Shown here: positions 56,901 through 64,000 of the stretch, in pieces
Numbering within the stretch: the stretch's first letter is position 1
How the letters are laid out: each line of letters starts with the position of its first letter
Assembly (NCBI GenBank): GCA_965261105.1
Contig: CBDHCM010000006.1
Coordinates: forward strand, 1,284,405 to 1,348,404
Reading direction: 5' to 3'
DNA from: Candidatus Aldehydirespirator sp.
GTDB lineage: Bacteria > Actinomycetota > Acidimicrobiia > Acidimicrobiales > Aldehydirespiratoraceae
Length of the DNA stretch: 64,000 nucleotides
Notes under the pieces: generated by a model
Database searches by the model: none
What the model saw: the letters and a program-made list of their open reading frames with translations, nothing else
What the model was told of the DNA's origin: nothing
Position numbers and translations under genes: made by a program

Positions 56901-59900
56901 GTGTCCACCGTCACGTCGGAATTGTCGCTGGACACCGCGATCACCACGTCGGAGGAGGGCTGGGCGTCGAGCACCACCGTGTAGTTGTCGTTGGCGCCCT
57001 CGGCCACCGTCAGCGCGGTTTCGGACACCGTCACCGCGGCGGTGTCGTCGTCGGTGACGGACACCGCCACCCCGGCGATGGCGGCCGCGTCGAACTCGTC
57101 GGCGCTTTCGGCGGCCACCACCGCGAGGCTGATGAAGGCCATGTCGTTCACCGCGTCGGCGTCGTGGGCGGCGGCCACCGTCACCGTCTGGGCCGTGCTC
57201 CAGTTGCTGGTGGCGAAGGTCAGCCTCGCCGGCGACACCGTCACGTCGCGGTTGTCGCCGGACACCGTGATCACCACGTCAGAGGAGGGCTGGGCGTCCA
57301 GCACCACCGTGTAGGAGCCGCTGGCGCCCTCGGCCAACGTCAGCGTGGACTTGGACACGGTCACCGCGGCGGTCTCGTCGTCGTCGACGGACACCGCCAC
57401 CGCGGCGATGGCGGCTGCGTCGTACGCGTCGGCGCTTTCGGCGGCCACCACCGCGTGGGCGATGGAGGCCGTGTCGTTCACCGCGTCGGCGTCCTCGGCG
57501 GCCCGCACCGTCACCGTCTGGGCCGTGCTCCAGTTGCTGGAGGTGAAGGTCAGCTTCGCCGGAGTCGCCGTCACGTCGCTACTGCCGCTCTTGGTGACGC
57601 TGATCACCACGTCAGAGGAGGGCCGTTTGTTCAGCACCACCGTGTAAGTGCTGTTGCCGCCCTCGATCACCGACACCGCGGTTTCGGACACCGTCACCCC
57701 GACGGCGTCGTCGTCGACGACGATCACCTCCACCACGTTGTCGTATCTCAAGCCGTTGTACTGGCTGCAGGGGCACCGTACAATGTAGGAAAGTTGGACC
57801 CTGTGGCCTCCCTCGGTGCCCTGTTCGGCGGACACCGTCACCGTCTGCGCTGTGTCCCAATTCCCGGAACCGAAGATCAGCCCCGTCGACGACAGCGTCA
57901 CGTTCCCGTCGGAGACGAAAGTAATGAAGACCGTCGCGGCGAAGCCGGGTGGGGGTGAGGTGTTCAGCACCACGGTGTAGGTGGCGCTGCCGCCCTCGGG
58001 CACCGTCAGCCTGGACACGGAGCTTGTCACCCCGGCGGTGGGGGTTTCGTCGTCGACGACGGTCACCCTCACCCGGGCGATGGTCACGGTGTCGTACTCG
58101 TCGGCGCTTTCGGCGGCCACCACCGCGTGGGTGATGGAGGCCGTGTCGTTGGCGGCGTCGGCGTCCTGGTCCGCGGCCACCGTCACCGTCTGCGCCGTGC
58201 TCCAGTTGCTCGGGGTGAAGGTCAGCGTGCTCTGGCTGCCGGACGTCCCCGTGTCGGTGTCCACCGTCACGTCGGAGTTGTCGCTGGTCACCGCGATCAC
58301 CACGTCGGAGGCGGGCTGGGCGTCCAACACCACGGTGTAGGTTTTGCTGGCGCCCTCGTCCATCCTCAGCCTCCGCCTGGACACCGTCACGCCGGCGGTG
58401 TCGTCGTCGTCGACGGTCACGGTCACGCCGGCGATGGTCACGGTGTCGTACTCGTCGGCGCTTTGGGCGGCCACCACCGCGTGGGTGATGGAGGCCGTGT
58501 CGTTCACGGGGTCGTCGTCGTGGGCGGCGGCCACCGTCACCGTCTGGGCCGTGCTCCAGTTGCTCGAGGTGAAGGTCAGCGTGTTCTGGTTGCCGGACGT
58601 CCCCGTGTCGGTGTCCACCGTCACGGCCGAATTGTTGCTGGTCACCGTGATCACCGCGTCGGAGGTGGGCTGGGCGTCGAGCACCACGGTGTAGGTGGCG
58701 CTGGCGCCCTCGGCCACTGTCAGCGTGGTTGCGGACACCGTCACGCCGGCGGTCTCGTCGTCGGTGACGGTCACGGCCACCCCGGCGGCGGCCAAGCCGC
58801 TGTACGGGCCGGACGGGTCGCCGGACGACACAGTGTAGCGCAGCTGGGCTTCGTCGTTCACCGCGTCGGCGTCGTGGGCGGCGGCCACCGTCACCGTCTG
58901 CGGTGTGTCCCAGTTGCTCGGGGTGAAGGTCAGCCGGTTCTGGTTGCCTGGCTGCGTAGCGTCGGTGTCCGACGTCACGTCCGGGTTGTCGTCGGCGATG
59001 ATAATCGCCACGTCGGCGGAGGGCCGGGTGTTCAGCACCACGGTGTAGGTGGCGCTGCCGCCCTCGGCCACCGCCAGCGTGGATTCGGAGTTTGTCACGC
59101 CCGCGTCGTCGTCGGCGACGGTCACCGCCACCCCGGCGATGGTGGCGGTGTCGTACTCGTCGGCGCTTTCGGCGGGCGCCACCGCGTGGGCGATGGCGGC
59201 CGTGTCGTCGGCGGCGTCGGCGTCGTGGGCGGCGGCCACCGTCACGGTCTGGGCCGTGCTCCAGTTGTCCCCGGTGAAGGTCAGCCGCGCCGGCGTCGGC
59301 GTCACGGCCGAATTGTTGCTGGTCACCGTGATCACCACGTCGGAGGAGGGCGGGGTGTCCAGCCTCACCGTGTAGGTGTTGCTGGCGCCCTCGGCCACTG
59401 TCAGCGTGGTTCTGGACACCGTCACCGCGGCGGTCTCGTCGTCGGTGACGGTCACGGCCACCCCGGAGGCGAGCACGCGGCTGTACGGGCCGGACCTGTT
59501 GACCCTGTAGCTTACCGCGTGGTCCAGTTGGGCTTGGTCGTCGGCGGCGTCGGCGTCGTGGGCGGCGGACACCTTCACCGTCTGCGGCGTGTTCCAGTTG
59601 CCCGGGGTGAAGAGCATGAAGGCCTGGTCGCCTTGGTTAACCGCGTCGGCGTCCACCTTCACGTCCCCGTTGTTGCGGTCGATGCGAATCAGCACGACGG
59701 CGACGGGCTGGGCGTTCAGCACCACGGTGTAGTTGTCGTTGGCGCCCTCGGCCAACGTCAGCGTGGTTCTGGACACCGTCACCCCGGCGGTCTCGTCGTC
59801 GGTGACGGTCACGGTCACCCCGGAGGCGAGCACGCTGTTGTACGGGCCAGACCTGTTGACCCTGTAGCTTACCGCGTGGTCCAGTTGGGCTTGGTCGTCC

Positions 59901-60480
59901 GCGGCGTCGGCGTCGTGGGGGGCGGACACCTTCGCCGTCTGCGGCGTGTTCCAGTTGTCCGGGGTGAAGAGCATGACGGCCTGGTCGCCTTCCCTGCCCG
60001 CGTCGGCGTCCACCCCCACGTCCGGGTTCTTGCGGTCAATGCGAATCACCACGTCGGCGGCGGGCTGGGCGTCGAGCACCACGGTGTAGGTGGCGCTGGC
60101 GCCCTCGGCCACCGTCAGCATGGTTTCGGACACCGTCACCCCGGCGGTGTCGTCGTCGGTGACGGTCACGGCCACCCCGGCGATGGTGGCGGTGTCGTAC
60201 TCGTCGGCGCTTTCGGCGGGCACCACCGCGTGGGCGATGGCGGCCGAGTCGTTCACCGCGTCGGCGTCCTGGGCGGCGGCCACCGTCACCGTCTGCGCCG
60301 TGTCCCAGTTGGACCGGGTGAAGGTCAGCCGGTCCTGGTTGCCGGACGTCGCCGCGTCGGTGTCCAGCGTCACGTCGGAACTGCCGCCGGCGGTCACCGT
60401 GATCACCACGTCGGAGGCGGGCTGGCCGTCCAGCACCACGGTGTAGGCGGCGCGGCCGCCCTCGGCCAACGTCAGCGCGG
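43330..60480. repeat. tandem array of about 50 coding repeats, period 327-351 bp (mostly 330/333 bp)
   Basis: The periodicity shows in the antisense ORF ladder (stops every 330-333 bp from 43766 to 58694) and in the protein. Sub-arrays at about 44.7-47.0 kb and 48.4-49.9 kb are near-identical. Confidence 0.95.
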
Positions 60481-62854
60481 TCTCGGACACGCTCACCCCG
60501 ACCGGAGGCGCCGCAACCGGGGCGTCCGTTTTCTGTTGCGCATTCTTGCCCGATCCTCGGCTGTCGGTGTAAGTCGCCGTGGCTCGCAGGTAGCTGCCGA
60601 CGTCGGCGGCAACCGGTCTGTACGTGGACGACGTTGCGCCGGCAATAGCGGTCCACGTGGTTTGGTCCGAGGATTTGCTCCAGGTCCAAACGATGCTGGA
60701 AACACCCCCGTCGGGGTCGGTGACACTGGCCGTCAGGTCTACGCCGACGACGGGTGCTCGCGACGACAGGGCCATCGCGCCCGCCTCCTCCTCGTCGGTA
60801 ACAGTGATGGTCAGGGTTACTCTGCTGCTCGAGCTGTTGGGGTCGGTGGCGACAACATCGACCTGGTACGAGGATTTGGTCTCGTAGTCGAGCGGCGCGT
60901 TGGCCCGCAATTCCCCGACGGCAGTGTTTTTGATGTTGAAGGAGGCCGCGTCGGTCCCGCCCAGGGAGTAGGTGACAGCCTCGCCGTTCGGCTCTTCGGC
61001 CGCAACAGTGGCGACGATGGTGGTGATATCGGCGTTCTCCGGCGTATTGTGGGTGGTGTCGGTATCGGCCGGGAACCGGGGAGCCACCTGGGGAGTGACC
61101 CGCAGGATCTTGTCCGCGCCGTTTCCCTCGGAGGTGGAGACATACAGGGCGCCATCGGGCCCCATCATCGGGGTGCGGAGCCGGCCATAGGCGGTCTTGA
61201 GTTTGCTGACGCTTATCTCGCTCAACAGGTCGCCGGACGGACTGAACTCAAGGACGCGCAATGACTTGTCCTTGAGGGACGCCATCGCCAGCCGGCCATC
61301 CCACGGGCCCCACCAGGCGCCCTCCAGGAAGATGCCGCCGCTGGCGGCCAGGGTTGTGTTCCCGGAGGCCCACTTGGCATCGATGGCGCTGGGGAATTTC
61401 TCCAGGTCGGTCATGGGTGCTGACTCGTTGTACCCGGGCACCGGGTCCCAGCCGTAATTGCCGCCGGCGGTCAACAGATTGATCTCGTCGTCAAAAGTCG
61501 GGCCGTGCTCCACCAACCACATCTGGCCGCCGGCGCCGGGGCGCAGGGCCAGGCCCTGGGGGTTGCGGTGGCCGTAGGTGTAGATCAGCGGCGAATTGGG
61601 GGCAGAGAATCGGTTGCCCGGCGCCCCGGCGCCAGTCGATGCGACTACCCGCAGCACCTTGCCGCCAAGGCTGGTCAGGCTCTGGGGCGCCGATCCGGTT
61701 GTCGCATCCCCGGTAGCAATCCAAAGATAGCCGTCCGGCCCGAAGCGCAGCCGGCAGCCGGAATGGATGGTACCGCCGCCGGGTATCCCACCGACCAGGG
61801 GGTCGGCGACCCGGGTGGCCGCCGTATATTCAGCGTTCATGGTCCAGGCAATTACCTGCACCTTGTTCCCGGTGTCGCCCTGGCAAGTATAGAACCGCCG
61901 GTTGGTGGCGAAGCCTGGATCGACGGCTATCGCCATAAACCCGATTTCTCCTGAGGCCCTCAGATCGCTGAGGTCAGCGGTGACTTGCCGCACCGTTCCG
62001 TCGGCGAGGCGGACGCTCAGCTTGCCGGCGCGTTCGGTGAACAGCATCGTCTTGTCGGGCGCAAAGGCGATTCCCCAGGGGATGCTCAGGCCCGAGACGA
62101 GCTGTTCCACATGAATCTGCGCCGCCGCCGCTTTGGCAGCCACACGGCCGGCAACAGCATTCGCGCTCTTGGGGGGTCCCGGCCCGTCGCGGTATCCCAC
62201 GGAGGCCCGCAAGTAATGATTCAGGTCGGTGGTTTGAACTTCGTAGGAGCTAGGGAAAGGCCTACCAGATTGAACATCCGACCAATCTGTTGTCCCGTCG
62301 CTGGACTTCGCCCAGGACCAGACGCCTGAGCTGACCGCAACTCCTTCCGGATCGCTCACCCTGGCCCGGAGCACCTCGCCGACCCGTGGCTGCCCGGGAG
62401 ACACGATGACCGTTCGGGGCTCGTCCACGTCGGTTACGCTGATGGTGACGTCAATAGTGGCGTCGATGGCCGTGTCAGCGTTGCCGGTGGCATCCTTCCG
62501 GTCGCTGGCCGACACCGTAACGCTGTAGGAGTTCTTGCCCTCGAAATCCAGGCCGGCCCGCGTCTGCAGCTGGCCGGTGGAGGCCACGATGGAGAAGGAC
62601 GCGGCATCGTCGCCGCCCAGCGTGTAGGTCAACGCATCGTCGTCCGCGTCGGTGGCCCCGACAGGCTCGCCGACGTTTGCGCCTGCGGCGGTGTTCTCGG
62701 GCACCGATCGCGCGCCGTCCTCGCTGGACGGGAACGCCGGTTGGCTGTTGGCCGCCTGCGCCGCAGCGCTGCCCCGGGCCGGGAAGGCCAACAGCAAGGC
62801 GCACACCGCGGCCGCAAGCAGGATTCGATTCAAACAGCAAACATCTTCGACCAT
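50348..62854 (-). CDS. proximal (5') part of the giant repetitive surface protein; in frame only down to about 50955, after which the ORF is out-of-frame read-through
   Basis: Signal peptide NRILLAAAVCALLLAFPARGSAAAQA. Cadherin repeat ENTAAGANVGEPVGATDADDDALTYTLGG...LDFE...VTISVTDVDEP. A W-x-W-x-x-S-S-D domain follows, then a soluble PQQ-glucose/sorbosone-dehydrogenase-like propeller at 61085-62107 (GLSIPWGIAFAPD..., HSGCRLRFGPDGYLWIATGD, YGHRNPQGLA, EHGPTFDDEINLL..GGNYGWD). A second cadherin domain and second WxW domain come next, then about 29 repeat units. The tail after ...DAQPSSD turns into Arg/His/Pro junk. Confidence 0.85.
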   Translation of the reverse strand: MVEDVCCLNRILLAAAVCALLLAFPARGSAAAQAANSQPAFPSSEDGARSVPENTAAGANVGEPVGATDADDDALTYTLGGDDAASFSIVASTGQLQTRAGLDFEGKNSYSVTVSASDRKDATGNADTAIDATIDVTISVTDVDEPRTVIVSPGQPRVGEVLRARVSDPEGVAVSSGVWSWAKSSDGTTDWSDVQSGRPFPSSYEVQTTDLNHYLRASVGYRDGPGPPKSANAVAGRVAAKAAAAQIHVEQLVSGLSIPWGIAFAPDKTMLFTERAGKLSVRLADGTVRQVTADLSDLRASGEIGFMAIAVDPGFATNRRFYTCQGDTGNKVQVIAWTMNAEYTAATRVADPLVGGIPGGGTIHSGCRLRFGPDGYLWIATGDATTGSAPQSLTSLGGKVLRVVASTGAGAPGNRFSAPNSPLIYTYGHRNPQGLALRPGAGGQMWLVEHGPTFDDEINLLTAGGNYGWDPVPGYNESAPMTDLEKFPSAIDAKWASGNTTLAASGGIFLEGAWWGPWDGRLAMASLKDKSLRVLEFSPSGDLLSEISVSKLKTAYGRLRTPMMGPDGALYVSTSEGNGADKILRVTPQVAPRFPADTDTTHNTPENADITTIVATVAAEEPNGEAVTYSLGGTDAASFNIKNTAVGELRANAPLDYETKSSYQVDVVATDPNSSSSRVTLTITVTDEEEAGAMALSSRAPVVGVDLTASVTDPDGGVSSIVWTWSKSSDQTTWTAIAGATSSTYRPVAADVGSYLRATATYTDSRGSGKNAQQKTDAPVAAPPVGVSVSETALTLAEGGRAAYTVVLDGQPASDVVITVTAGGSSDVTLDTDAATSGNQDRLTFTRSNWDTAQTVTVAAAQDADAVNDSAAIAHAVVPAESADEYDTATIAGVAVTVTDDDTAGVTVSETMLTVAEGASATYTVVLDAQPAADVVIRIDRKNPDVGVDADAGREGDQAVMLFTPDNWNTPQTAKVSAPHDADAADDQAQLDHAVSYRVNRSGPYNSVLASGVTVTVTDDETAGVTVSRTTLTLAEGANDNYTVVLNAQPVAVVLIRIDRNNGDVKVDADAVNQGDQAFMLFTPGNWNTPQTVKVSAAHDADAADDQAQLDHAVSYRVNRSGPYSRVLASGVAVTVTDDETAAVTVSRTTLTVAEGASNTYTVRLDTPPSSDVVITVTSNNSAVTPTPARLTFTGDNWSTAQTVTVAAAHDADAADDTAAIAHAVAPAESADEYDTATIAGVAVTVADDDAGVTNSESTLAVAEGGSATYTVVLNTRPSADVAIIIADDNPDVTSDTDATQPGNQNRLTFTPSNWDTPQTVTVAAAHDADAVNDEAQLRYTVSSGDPSGPYSGLAAAGVAVTVTDDETAGVTVSATTLTVAEGASATYTVVLDAQPTSDAVITVTSNNSAVTVDTDTGTSGNQNTLTFTSSNWSTAQTVTVAAAHDDDPVNDTASITHAVVAAQSADEYDTVTIAGVTVTVDDDDTAGVTVSRRRLRMDEGASKTYTVVLDAQPASDVVIAVTSDNSDVTVDTDTGTSGSQSTLTFTPSNWSTAQTVTVAADQDADAANDTASITHAVVAAESADEYDTVTIARVRVTVVDDETPTAGVTSSVSRLTVPEGGSATYTVVLNTSPPPGFAATVFITFVSDGNVTLSSTGLIFGSGNWDTAQTVTVSAEQGTEGGHRVQLSYIVRCPCSQYNGLRYDNVVEVIVVDDDAVGVTVSETAVSVIEGGNSTYTVVLNKRPSSDVVISVTKSGSSDVTATPAKLTFTSSNWSTAQTVTVRAAEDADAVNDTASIAHAVVAAESADAYDAAAIAAVAVSVDDDETAAVTVSKSTLTLAEGASGSYTVVLDAQPSSDVVITVSGDNRDVTVSPARLTFATSNWSTAQTVTVAAAHDADAVNDMAFISLAVVAAESADEFDAAAIAGVAVSVTDDDTAAVTVSETALTVAEGANDNYTVVLDAQPSSDVVIAVSSDNSDVTVDTDTGTSGSQNTLTFTPSNWRTAQTVTVAAAHDADAANDAASITHAVDTSLSADEYDTATIAAVSVTVTDDDAAVTVSKSALTVAEGANNTYTVVLDAQPSSDVVINVTRSGSADVTASPAKLTFTPSNWGTAQTVTVAAAHDADAANDTASIAHAVDTSRSADEYDNASIAAVSVTVTDDDAAVTVSKSTLTVAEGADSTYTVVLDAEPSSDVVIAVFSDNRDVTASPAKLTFTTSDWSTAQTVTVAAAHDADAVNDTASITHAVVADESADAYDPASITGVAVTVTDDDTAAVTVSESALTVAEGANGSYTVVLDAEPSSDVVIAVSSDNRDVTATAATLTFTPSNWSTAQTVTVAAAHDADAVNDTASITHAVMAAESADEYDTATIAEVTVTVTDDDAAVTVSKSALTVDEGDSGTYTVVLDAQPASDVVIAVSSDNSDVTATPATLTFTTSSWSTAQTVTVAAAHDTDTANDAASITHAVVAAESADEYDTATIAAVTVTVTDDDTGVTVSTSALTVAEGANSNYTVVLNAQPSSDVVIAVSSDNRDVTATPATLTFTTSNWDTAQTVTVAAAHDADAVNDAASIAHAVDASRSADEYDNASIAAVTVTVDDDDAAVTVSQSALTVAEGGSGSYTVVLDAQPSSDVVINVTKSGSADVTATPATLTFTTSNWDTAQTVTVAAGHDTDAANDAASIAHAVDASRSADEYDNASIAAVTVTVDDDDAAVTVSQSALTVAEGGSSSYTVVLDAQPSSDVVINVTKSGSSDVTATPATLTFTTSNWDTAQTVTVAAAHDTDAANDTASITHAVNASQSANEYDDATIAAVSVTVTDDDAAVTVSESMLTVAEGANNTYTVVLDAQPSANVVINVTSSGSSDVTASPATLTFTTSTWDTAQTVTVAAAHDADAVNDTASIAHAVASQSADEYDNATIAAVAVTVTDDDTAAVTVSETTLTVDEGANNTYTVVLDAQPSANVVINVTKSGSSDVTASPATLTFTTSTWDTAQTVTVAAGHDADAVNDTASITHAVDASRSANEYHNVTIAAVTVTVTDDDTAAVTVSKATLTVAEGNNNTYTVVLDAQPASNVVINVTKSGSADVTATPATLTFTTSTWDTAQTVTVAAGHDTDAANDTASITHAVDASRSADEYDAAAIAAVTVTVTDDDAAVSVSKATLTVAEGNNNTYTVVLDAQPSSDVVINVTRSGSSDVTATPATLTFTTSSWDTAQTVTVAAGHDTDAANDTASITHTVDASRSANEYDNATIAAVSVSVTDDDAAVTVSKSTLTVAEGNNSTYTVVLDAQPASNVVINVTRSGSSEVTVSPATLTFTTSSWDTAQTVTVAAAHDTDAVNDTASITHTVDAAESANEYDNVTIAAVTVTVTDDDTAAVTVSKSTLTVAEGNNNTYTVVLDAQPASNVVINVTKSGSSDVTATPATLTFTTNNWSTAQTVTVAAAHDTDAVNDTASITHAVNASQSAAEYDNATIAAVTVTVTDDDTAAVTVSETTLTVAEGANNTYTVVLDAQPSSDVVINVTKSGSSDVTATPATLTFTTNNWDTAQTVTVAAAHDTDTANDTASIAHAVVDAESAAEYDNATIAAVAVTVTDDDTAAVTVSETTLTVAEGANNTYTVVLDAQPSSDVVIAVSSDNRDVTATPATLTFTPSNWDTAQTVTVAAAHDTDTANDTASIAHAVVDAESAAEYDNATIAAVAVTVTDDDTAAVTVSETTLTVAEGANNTYTVVLDAQPSSDVVINVTKSGSSDVTATPATLTFTTNNWDTAQTVTVAAAHDTDTANDTASIAHAVVDAESAAEYDNATIAAVAVTVTDDDTAAVTVSETTLTVAEGANSNYTVVLNAQPSSDVVIAVSSDNRDVTATPATLTFTPSNWDTAQTVTVAAAHDADAANDTASITHAADASQSADEYDNAAIAAVTVTVTDDDAAVSVSKSTLTVAEGNNSTYTVVLDAQPSSDAVTRNSEVTAHPDLHHQQLGHSPDSDRRRRPRHRRGERHSLHHPRRRRLPQRRRVRRSRHRRGDRHRHRRRRRGERVQVHADSRRGRQQHLHGGARRPALIGRGDQRHQERQQRGDRDAGHPDLHHQQLGHSPDSDRRRRPRHRRGERHSLHHPRRRRLPQRRRVRRSRHRRGDRHRHRRRRRGERVRVHADSRRGQQQHLHGGARRPARI

Positions 62855-63521
62855 GGCGGAATACTAATCCGGCGCGGATGTGAGCGATCAAGGGAAGTCG
62901 CGTTCTGCTGGTGTTGAACTTGGACAGTCCCTGGCGTTGAACTGCCCGTGGCGGGCTGTTTCACACCTCTCATTTGCCCAGATCGGAGGGGGTTTCTGAG
63001 AAGCCCCAAAATCTTACTCCAAGCTCAGAGAGCCGCTACTGCAAACTCAGCTCAGCTGAACGGCAAACCATGAGGTCGGAGCGGGTGCGAGAAGGGAGCC
63101 AGAGACTTGCGCCCCCTGGCCGTTCACGGCTCGCAGAGATACACGCTGCCGGCGCGAGGTGGGCGCAGGGTCGCCCTTCCTTGGGGCCGGCAGCATGGTG
63201 ACACGCAGTAGGAAGCTCTCTGGCCCCGAATCACCAGCCATCCAGACACAGACGCGCCCGAGGTTCCACGGCCCCGGTGGAGTCGCGACGACGAACCGGA
63301 AGTGCGCGTTGGTGACGGGCTGAGCGCCGATGCCGTCACTGGCGTCCAAGTCGTATGTGCCGTTCGCCGGCCAGGGGAGCCATGCCTTCGCATCTGCCGA
63401 CCGTCGGCGGGTGGCACAGTTGGCCGAACGGGCGGGTGCGGGCGAGACCGCCCGCCGCAAGGGCGTGTCACCGGCACGGGCCAGAAACGGCCCCGAACCG
63501 AACAGCGCCGCTTGGCGACGG

Positions 63522-63836
63522 TTACCGCCGCTTGAGCGCTTTGCGGACCCAATACAGCGATGTGTTCAAACGGCCCGCTATTGCCCTCTGGGAGAGGCCC
63601 TTCTGTCGCAGACGCCGGATGGCTTCGGGGGCTGGGCGGCTTTTGTGGTCGGCTGCGGCTTCTGCCAGGGATGCGCTGAACGACGCTAGTTCGGATGCAT
63701 CGGATCCCCCTGGGGGCCTGAAGGGCACGGCGGTGCCCGATCTCCCGACGCACGGTGGCGAAGATGCACGGCAAGCGCTGTGCCGCCCATCAAACGGCCA
63801 TCGCAACGTCGCGCTGCCGTTGCCACTGTGGCCCAT
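63522..63836 (-). pseudogene. fragmentary ORF ending in a resolvase/Hin-like HTH; probably a gene remnant
   Basis: Only the C-terminal ~35 aa look protein-like (PEAIRRLRQKGLSQRAIAGRLNTSLYWVRKALKRR*). Upstream residues are low-quality. A neighbouring frame (63686..63964) contains LMGGTALAVHLRHRASGD, reminiscent of AbiEii-type nucleotidyltransferase N-termini, but then degenerates. Confidence 0.25.
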
Positions 63837-64000
63837 ACTGCTCGTCTGGATTCGTCCAGCACGTCGGCGAGATCATCTAAGTCATCAGACGCCGCCGAAT
63901 CGCGCTGGGAGGATGTTCGGAGCCAGCCCGCGAGACGCTCACGGATCCTGGCGATGAAGTTCATTCGCGTCTTGCGGCCACCAAGTGACGCAAGAGCGGC

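Noticed and set aside
43766-58694. Ladder of ~108-116-aa plus-strand ORFs, each starting ML(L)APSATVS... and ending ...SSTTV*
   Set aside because: This is an artefact. The conserved sense-strand TYTV codons (ACC TAC ACG GTG) read as ...GTG TAG GT on the opposite strand, giving a stop and an alternative start once per repeat. The sense frame has cadherin, propeller and signal-peptide features that the antisense lacks.
43114-61264. Very long plus-strand ORFs (683, 554, 2045 and 1045 aa) rich in G/H/R/V across the repeat region
   Set aside because: They are antisense frames of the giant minus-strand gene. Their periodic GHRHR/GGVVVGDG text mirrors the sense repeat, and there are no independent coding signals.

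Overview
High-GC (~70%) Actinomycetota-like chromosome segment; the gene order manA-ahcY and comF-hpf-secA-prfB-ftsE-ftsX suggests this taxon (inference). 1-13.7 kb is housekeeping. About 13.8-21.7 kb is a lower-GC defence-type island: an Eco57I-like N6-adenine methyltransferase eroded into three frames, an intact HKD(PLD)-nuclease/SNF2-helicase fusion, and an AAA ATPase translationally coupled to a small DUF4276/RloB-like partner. 21.9-31.3 kb is metabolic: ald with divergent lrp, an acyl-CoA dehydrogenase, a DEAD-box helicase, a PrmA-like methyltransferase and a three-subunit molybdo-hydroxylase operon. 31.3-37.8 kb is a mosaic of mobile DNA. It holds a compact type II R-M cassette fused to a truncated IS1595 transposase, an LLM oxidoreductase flanked by 29-bp direct repeats, and a CotH-like lipoprotein gene split by a Fic cassette. 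38.2-62.9 kb (minus strand) is a surface-protein locus. A ~20.2 kb gene (about 6,750 codons if repaired) encodes a signal peptide, cadherin domains, a PQQ-sugar-dehydrogenase-like beta-propeller, roughly 50 tandem ~110-aa repeats and a C-terminal EF-hand/dockerin-like module. It sits 4 nt upstream of a PT-linker, membrane-anchored single-domain protein, followed by a shorter duplicated paralogue. Both large genes are broken by small deletions inside repeats, which may be real or assembly artefacts. Three tandem duplications sit exactly on gene starts or stops (ftsX 5', ftsX 3', lrp 3'). No tRNA, rRNA, tmRNA or CRISPR array was found. All homology calls come from reading motifs by eye; no database search was run.
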